Sequence record: DRR378314_405
Direction: 5' to 3' (one strand)
DNA: 64,000 bases
The position numbers and the translations under genes are program-made. The notes beneath the pieces are model-generated. The model searched no databases. It worked only from the letters and a program-made list of their open reading frames with translations, and was not told where the DNA came from. Positions 58,380 to 64,000 of this stretch are shown one piece after another. The stretch's first letter is position 1. Every line of letters starts with the position of its first letter.

Positions 58380-59807
58380 CTAACCAAAAAGGCTTAGGAA
58401 GCGGACTATTTTACGGGTTTTATCGCTGAAGAGTTTTGGCGTGTAATAACTGCCTGCGGCCCTCTTGTTGATTTCAGATAATGTCGGATAGGGTGAAATA
58501 TAGCTCGCCATTGCCGAAATCTTTAATTTCCCCGTTATTGCCAGACCCCAGGATTGGATCAATTCGCCGGCTTGTGCGCCGACGATGGCCGCCCCGAGAA
58601 TTTTTCCTTTATGATCGGTGATGGCTTTGACCTTACCGGTCGTTAGCCGCTCCGCCCGGGCGCGATCATTTTCCGCATAAGAAAATTCCAGCACCCGGAT
58701 CTGATTGCCAAATTTTTCCCGCGCCTGATCTTCGGACAACCCGACATTGGCCAGCTCTGGATCGGTATAGGTCACCCATGGGACCGCGTCATAATTGACT
58801 TTGGCAGGCAACCGGAACAGGGCATTTCGAATGACAATTCCCGCATGATACCCGGCCATATGGGTAAATTGATAGCCGCCGATCACATCACCAATGGCAA
58901 AGACGCGCCGGTTACTGGTTTTTAATTGCTGATTAACCTCTATCCCCTTCGAAGAATACTGAATACCCGCAGCATCCAGTCCTAACCGATCCACATTGGG
59001 TTTGCGGCCCGTCGCCACCAGTAGATGGGAGAATTTTAAGGTCTCCATCTGTCCATCAAGCCCGACGTCAATTTCATAGCCGCCTCCTTGAACTTGACGA
59101 ACGGAACTGATTTTGGCCTTTTCCCGAATATCAACACCACTGGCGATGACAGCCTCCTTGACCACGGCAGTCAACTCCGGATCGTCTTTTGCCAAGACAG
59201 TAAAAGCTTCCAGAACGGTCACCTGACAGCCAAACCGGGCGTGGGCCTGCGCCAATTCCATACCGATCGGCCCGCCGCCGATTACGGCTAAATGTTCCGG
59301 TTGTTCGCGATTGTCAAACAGGGTTTCATTTGTCAGGTAATGCACCTGATCCAAACCCGGGATCGGAGGGGCGGCAGGCGCAGAGCCGGTCGCAATCACA
59401 AATCGCCGCGCCTGCACCTCCTGGTCTCCAACGCGCAGGCGCTCAGGACTGATAAATTCGCCGTAGCCTTGCAGAACTTTAACCCCAAGCTCTTCAAATC
59501 GCTCGACAGAATCATGGGGCTCAATCCCCGCAATCACCTCCCGGACATGATCCATAACGGCGGGATAATCAACGACAGGATCAGGCCCGGTGACCCCGAA
59601 TGCCGATGCGGTTTTTAAAGACACGGCCTTTTTGGCGGCCGCGATCAGCGCCTTAGAGGGAACACAGCCATAATTCAGGCAATCTCCACCCATTTTTCCG
59701 CCTTCAACCAGCACCGTATCTGCGCCCATCTGAACGGCGCCCGCCGCAACGCTTAACCCCCCAGAGCCGCCGCCAATAACACATATATCCGTTTTAACAA
59801 CATCCAT
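58380..59807 (-). CDS. Pyridine nucleotide-disulfide oxidoreductase (LpdA/MerA-like)
   Basis: GGGSGG, GGDCLNYGCVPSK, GGGPIG.E, PYPTLSE; start at MDVV (could be 59837). Confidence 0.88.
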   Translation of the reverse strand: MDVVKTDICVIGGGSGGLSVAAGAVQMGADTVLVEGGKMGGDCLNYGCVPSKALIAAAKKAVSLKTASAFGVTGPDPVVDYPAVMDHVREVIAGIEPHDSVERFEELGVKVLQGYGEFISPERLRVGDQEVQARRFVIATGSAPAAPPIPGLDQVHYLTNETLFDNREQPEHLAVIGGGPIGMELAQAHARFGCQVTVLEAFTVLAKDDPELTAVVKEAVIASGVDIREKAKISSVRQVQGGGYEIDVGLDGQMETLKFSHLLVATGRKPNVDRLGLDAAGIQYSSKGIEVNQQLKTSNRRVFAIGDVIGGYQFTHMAGYHAGIVIRNALFRLPAKVNYDAVPWVTYTDPELANVGLSEDQAREKFGNQIRVLEFSYAENDRARAERLTTGKVKAITDHKGKILGAAIVGAQAGELIQSWGLAITGKLKISAMASYISPYPTLSEINKRAAGSYYTPKLFSDKTRKIVRFLSLFG

Positions 59808-59836
59808 CCCGCGTTCCTTAACTACTTGTGAAATCA

Positions 59837-60613
59837 CTATTTTTTCGTCAGACGCTTGATCACAATCGGCATTAGCGAAATAACGCCTAATGCAACGAAA
59901 GATAAAATAATCTCGGTGGTCACCAAAGACCCAACCTCAAACGCATCGGCACAACCTGCTTGCCCGGACTGCACACATGCCTGATAGCTTTCCTGTTGCT
60001 CTAAGATAATGCTGTCCAGGCCAGTGCCAAGGAAGGCGAACACAAAAGTTCCCGGAATGATACCGATAAAAGTCCCTAAAATATACGTCTGCAACGAAAC
60101 GCCCAGAAATGCAGGTGCAATATTAATCAGCCAAAACGGAAAGGCCGGAACAAGCCGCAAAAACAGCAGATAATTGAACGCATTTTCCTGAAATCCTGCT
60201 TCCAGCTTCCCAAGCCACGGTCCGGCTTTGGATCTAAATGTGCTGCCCAGGGACGTTCTGGCAACCATGAACAGGATCGTTGCCCCCAGGGTTGCAGATA
60301 TAACCGTTATCAGTCCCCCGATCACCCAGCCAAACAGAAAACCGCCGCTAATCGTCAGCAACAGTCCCCCCGGAAGTGAGGCTGCAACAGCGACCAGATA
60401 GAAACAAAAATACAGAACCAGGGCCAGCGCATAATGATCTGCCACCATCTGCAGCAGCATGTCGCGGTTTTCAGTAATAAAGGCAACGGAAAGGTATCGG
60501 TTCAGATCAAACAGGAAAAAAGAGGCAAAAAGCCCAACGATTGTGACGAGGGGGAGGTATTTCTTGATCAGCTTTCCCATCCCTGCCGAACGACGTTCTG
60601 ACATTTCTTCCAT
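59837..60613 (-). CDS. TVP38/TMEM64 (DedA superfamily) membrane protein
   Basis: SLPGG...T..GG.LFG, ATLGA, LRLVP.FPF..IN, GIIPG. Confidence 0.9.
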   Translation of the reverse strand: MEEMSERRSAGMGKLIKKYLPLVTIVGLFASFFLFDLNRYLSVAFITENRDMLLQMVADHYALALVLYFCFYLVAVAASLPGGLLLTISGGFLFGWVIGGLITVISATLGATILFMVARTSLGSTFRSKAGPWLGKLEAGFQENAFNYLLFLRLVPAFPFWLINIAPAFLGVSLQTYILGTFIGIIPGTFVFAFLGTGLDSIILEQQESYQACVQSGQAGCADAFEVGSLVTTEIILSFVALGVISLMPIVIKRLTKK

Positions 60614-60866
60614 ACCGAATCACTTTCAAAAGACCACTAAACCTAGCTGAAATCCCACCGTAAGGGCAGTCTATTCAACAGTTTTCACTCAATTATTCGC
60701 CATCCAGTGGGGAATGCGGATGATAGCATCCCTAAGGCCAGCTTAAACTGAACATATCTATCCTTCAGGAAAGCGAAAGCGCTGCTCAACTAAACGTGAG
60801 AGAAGTTGAAAGCGGCAAATCGACTAAGTCCTGCTGGAAAAAGGTTAGAATCTGTCCCCTCGCGCA

Positions 60867-60895
60867 TTGACTTCCCTTTCAACACCCCTTATACA
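60867..60895 (+). promoter_or_regulatory. sigma70 promoter of the rpmH operon
   Basis: TTGACT-17 bp-TATACA followed by a GC-rich segment. Confidence 0.65.
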
Positions 60896-60952
60896 GCGGG
60901 GCTTAATTTTCTCTTCGCGCATTGGTGCGTTGAAGACATATGGAGAAGTCCT

Positions 60953-61087
60953 GTGAAACGTACATTTCAACCAAGTAAACTCGTGCGCGCTCGCCGTCAT
61001 GGTTTCCGTGCACGCCGCGCAACAGTTGGCGGTCGCCGTGTTCTGTCAAACCGTCGGACTAAAGGCCGTAAGAGCCTTTCAGCCTAA
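60953..61087 (+). CDS. rpmH: 50S ribosomal protein L34
   Basis: (GTG)[20 protein letters not shown]...RR.KGR..LSA; GGAG RBS. Confidence 0.97.
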   Translation: MKRTFQPSKLVRARRHGFRARRATVGGRRVLSNRRTKGRKSLSA

Positions 61088-61090
61088 ATT

Positions 61091-61462
61091 ATGCCGCGAG
61101 GCGTGGAACGACTGAAAAAACGCGCTGACTTTTTACGCATCGCTTCAGTTCGTTGCAAATGGGCGACACCGGGAATAGTCCTGCAAGCTGCCCCTCAGAC
61201 TGAGGGGACAGATGCGGGACTTTTACGTGTGGGGTTTACCGCGACCAAAAAAACCGGCAATGCCGTCACGCGCAATCGAATCAAAAGGCGTTTGCGGGCA
61301 CTTGCAGATGAACTCCTGCCGGAATATGGACATCCCGGAACAGACTATGTCCTGATCGGTCGCCAATCGACAGCCACCAGAAACTTTCAGGACTTGAAAT
61401 CGGATCTTATTTTTGCGCTCAAAAAGGTCAATAGATCCAAAAACAGGGGCGGAAATGCGTAA
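61091..61462 (+). CDS. rnpA: Ribonuclease P protein component
   Basis: [28 protein letters not shown]. Confidence 0.96.
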   Translation: MPRGVERLKKRADFLRIASVRCKWATPGIVLQAAPQTEGTDAGLLRVGFTATKKTGNAVTRNRIKRRLRALADELLPEYGHPGTDYVLIGRQSTATRNFQDLKSDLIFALKKVNRSKNRGGNA

Positions 61463-61736
61463 ATTTTTGACATTTCTGTTTAAGGTACCGATTAAGGTTT
61501 ACCAATACGCCATATCCCCTTATCTTCCTGCGAATTGTCGTTATCAGCCGACCTGTTCTTCATATGCAATTGAGGCATTGAACAGGCACGGACCTTTTCT
61601 GGGAAGCTGGTATGCAATCCGGCGTCTATCGAGATGCCATCCTTGGGGCGGTTCGGGATATGATCCGGTTCCAGAAACAGATAAAACTGAGCACCGGTGT
61701 TGTGGGCATCCACCGCAAACTGGTCATATTGAGTAG
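61455..61736 (+). CDS. yidD: Membrane protein insertion efficiency factor
   Basis: YQ..ISP....CRY.PTCS.Y..EA...HG, RCHPWG..G.DPVP. Confidence 0.95.
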   Translation: MRKFLTFLFKVPIKVYQYAISPYLPANCRYQPTCSSYAIEALNRHGPFLGSWYAIRRLSRCHPWGGSGYDPVPETDKTEHRCCGHPPQTGHIE

Positions 61737-61751
61737 CATTAGGGCTTAGGA

Positions 61752-63488
61752 ATGTCAGAACAAAAAAATATGATTCTCGCGATCGTATTGTGCCTTGTTA
61801 TTATCGTAGGGTTCCAATATTTCGTCGAAACACCGGTCAATGAGGATCAGACGGGCGAGCAAACGTCCGGTTCCAGCGAAACAGGTTCAACCCCAACGCC
61901 CGGCGCAGCAACAGGAACTGCGAACACCAATGCGCCCACGGCTGGTGCGGCATCGACAACCCAAGCCATGACCAGAGCGGAAGCCTTGAAACAAGCCGCA
62001 AGGGTCAAAATCAACACTCCCTCTTTGCATGGCTCGATTTCGTTAAAAGGCGCACGGCTTGACGACCTGACCCTCATTAATTATCGCGAAGAAGTTGACC
62101 CCAGCAGCCCGGAGATCAAATTGCTCTCTCCTGTTGGCGCGCCAAACCCTTACTACGCTGAATTTGGCTGGACCGGCGCTGCCGATAGCGACGTCAAGCT
62201 GCCAAACTCTCAGACGATCTGGTCAACCGAGGCGACGACATTCACCCCGGAAAAACCACTAACCCTGACCTGGGACAATGGCGAGGGGCTGATCTTCAAG
62301 CGCGTTTACACCCTTGATGACCATTATCTGTTCACCATTGAACAAACGGTCCAGAACACCACGGATCAGCCAATTACCCTGTTTCCCTATGGCCTGATTT
62401 CCCGAACCGGCATTCCTGACACCCAAGGGTTCTACATCCTGCATGAAGGCCCGATCGGGGTGTTCAATGAAACGCTGGAAGAAGTCGATTACGACGACCT
62501 GGTTGAAGAAGGCCCCCTGACGAACAGCTCCAAAGGTGGATGGATCGGCATTACCGATAAATTCTGGCTGACGGCGTTGGTCCCGGATCAAGATGCCGAC
62601 CTGAAAAACCGGTTCACCTATATCAAACAGGGTGACCGTTTCCAGACTGATTATATCAATCAGAAGGGTGTGACCGTTGCCACCAACAGCTCGGCCTCCA
62701 TTACAAACCACATGTTTGCCGGTGCAAAAGAAGCACATCTTCTGGACAAATATCAGGAAGAAAAAGGCATTGATCGCCTGGAATTGGCCATTGACTGGGG
62801 TTGGTTCTATTTTCTGACACGCCCGATGTATGTCGCGCTTGAATGGCTGGATGGATTGATCGGCAATCTGGGTCTGGCCATTCTGGCACTCACCGTTGGC
62901 ATCAAATTGATCCTGCTGCCCCTGGCGCATAAGTCTTATGTCTCCATGAGCAAGATGAAGAAACTACAGCCAGAAATGGTCAAACTTCGCGAGAAGTATG
63001 GTGAAGACCGGCAAAAGTTAAATCAGGAAATGATGGCGCTTTACAAGCGAGAGAAAGCCAACCCGGCGGCCGGTTGTCTGCCAATTCTGGTCCAGATTCC
63101 GATTTTCTTCTCGCTCTATAAAGTGCTATTTGTGACGCTTCTGATGCGCCATCAGCCTTTCTATGGCTGGATCCAGGATCTCTCCGCGCCGGACCCAACC
63201 TCCATTTTCAACCTGTTTGGCTTGATCCCATGGACCCCGCCTGAATTCCTGATGATCGGTGTCTTGCCGCTGCTGATGGGCCTGAGCATGTTCCTGCAAC
63301 AGAAGTTCAATCCGCAACCCGCGGATCCAATGCAGGCGAAAATCTTTATGTTCATGCCGATTTTCTTCACATTCCTGCTCGCAAGTTTCCCGGCAGGGCT
63401 GGTCATTTACTGGACCTGGAACAACATCTTAAGTATCGCCCAGCAATGGTATATCATGCGGCGCATGGGTGTTTCGGTAAACGGGTGA
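61752..63488 (+). CDS. yidC: Membrane protein insertase YidC
   Basis: IDWGWF, NP..GCLP.L.Q.P.F, WI.DLS.PD, PAGL..YW..NN. Confidence 0.97.
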   Translation: MSEQKNMILAIVLCLVIIVGFQYFVETPVNEDQTGEQTSGSSETGSTPTPGAATGTANTNAPTAGAASTTQAMTRAEALKQAARVKINTPSLHGSISLKGARLDDLTLINYREEVDPSSPEIKLLSPVGAPNPYYAEFGWTGAADSDVKLPNSQTIWSTEATTFTPEKPLTLTWDNGEGLIFKRVYTLDDHYLFTIEQTVQNTTDQPITLFPYGLISRTGIPDTQGFYILHEGPIGVFNETLEEVDYDDLVEEGPLTNSSKGGWIGITDKFWLTALVPDQDADLKNRFTYIKQGDRFQTDYINQKGVTVATNSSASITNHMFAGAKEAHLLDKYQEEKGIDRLELAIDWGWFYFLTRPMYVALEWLDGLIGNLGLAILALTVGIKLILLPLAHKSYVSMSKMKKLQPEMVKLREKYGEDRQKLNQEMMALYKREKANPAAGCLPILVQIPIFFSLYKVLFVTLLMRHQPFYGWIQDLSAPDPTSIFNLFGLIPWTPPEFLMIGVLPLLMGLSMFLQQKFNPQPADPMQAKIFMFMPIFFTFLLASFPAGLVIYWTWNNILSIAQQWYIMRRMGVSVNG

Positions 63489-63504
63489 CGAAAGCTAAAT
63501 ACAC

Positions 63505-64000
63505 ATGAATGATCAAAGATCAGAAAATGAGGAGGCGGCGTTCATCGAAGAGGGCCGCCTTCTTTTTGCGAAGGAATGCAAGTTCGTTGCCGGTGCAGCG
63601 ACCCTTGACATGCTCCCTGACAGTGACCTGAACGAGGTTGCCTTTGCAGGCCGCTCAAATGTCGGGAAATCGAGCCTGATCAACGGCTTGACGGGCCGCA
63701 ACACACTGGCGCGAACCTCCAATACACCGGGCCGCACCCAACAGATCAATTTTTTCGAGCTGGACGGTCGGCTTTCCTTGGTGGATTTGCCAGGACATGG
63801 TTACGCAAAGGCGTCAAAAACCAAGATCGCAGCCTGGACCGATCTTGTGAACATCTATTTGAAAGGCCGCTTCAATCTGCGCCGGGTGTGCCTGCTGATC
63901 GACAGCCGGCACGGGATCAAGGATGTGGACCGGGACATCATGAACATGCTCGACACGGCGGCAGTGAACTACCAGATCGTGCTGACAAAGGTCGATAAAA
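63505..64000 (+). CDS. engB: Ribosome biogenesis GTPase YihA/EngB (3' truncated by window; absent from ORF track)
   Basis: Manual translation from ATG 63505: [38 protein letters not shown]. Confidence 0.93.
   Translation, partial: MNDQRSENEEAAFIEEGRLLFAKECKFVAGAATLDMLPDSDLNEVAFAGRSNVGKSSLINGLTGRNTLARTSNTPGRTQQINFFELDGRLSLVDLPGHGYAKASKTKIAAWTDLVNIYLKGRFNLRRVCLLIDSRHGIKDVDRDIMNMLDTAAVNYQIVLTKVDK

Noticed and set aside
58380-59807. Mercuric reductase / mer operon (together with the MerR gene)
   Set aside because: No C-terminal Cys pair or NmerA domain, no merTP; the MerR protein is LiuR-like and 21 kb away
60614-60952. Replication origin or ncRNA upstream of rpmH
   Set aside because: No dnaA, no clustered TTATCCACA boxes, only short hairpins; no RNA family recognised
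1-64000. CRISPR arrays, IS elements, prophage or defence genes, frameshifted pseudogenes
   Set aside because: No spaced direct repeats, transposase, integrase or phage motifs seen; all recognised genes appear full length

Overview
Chromosomal core/metabolic region of an alphaproteobacterium (roughly 50% GC; gene content and order suggest a marine Sneathiella/Rhodospirillales-like organism, which is an inference). About 1.8-37.5 kb is a dense acyl-CoA/lipid catabolism region: six acyl-CoA dehydrogenases, two different multifunctional beta-oxidation enzymes each with a thiolase, an acyl-CoA ligase, crotonases, hot-dog thioesterases, SCP2, an atuBCD-F-like (acyclic terpene/branched acyl-CoA carboxylase) operon, and a MerR-family LiuR-like regulator. 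Matching palindromic operators lie at the regulator's own promoter and at the SCP2/atuB promoter. After it come a TauE/TIGR02186 pair, a CoA-transferase-like operon, an orphan molybdenum hydroxylase large subunit, a GNAT-nitrilase fusion, tRNA-Arg(ACG), peptide/glutathione scavenging genes, tam plus a DUF62 SAM hydrolase, and rpmH-rnpA-yidD-yidC-engB. I found no mobile elements, CRISPR arrays or defence systems. Best candidates for undescribed biology: (i) a class I CoA-transferase-like heterodimer whose beta subunit appears to lack the catalytic Glu, co-transcribed with a class III CoA transferase and followed by an orphan Mo-hydroxylase; (ii) a standalone 67-aa, extremely basic, histone-tail-like protein; (iii) a LiuR-wired atu operon lacking atuA/atuE, with SCP2 and an Mpo1-like protein at LiuR-box promoters; (iv) DUF1643 coupled to thymidine kinase. 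All family calls come from reading motifs by eye; no database searches were run.
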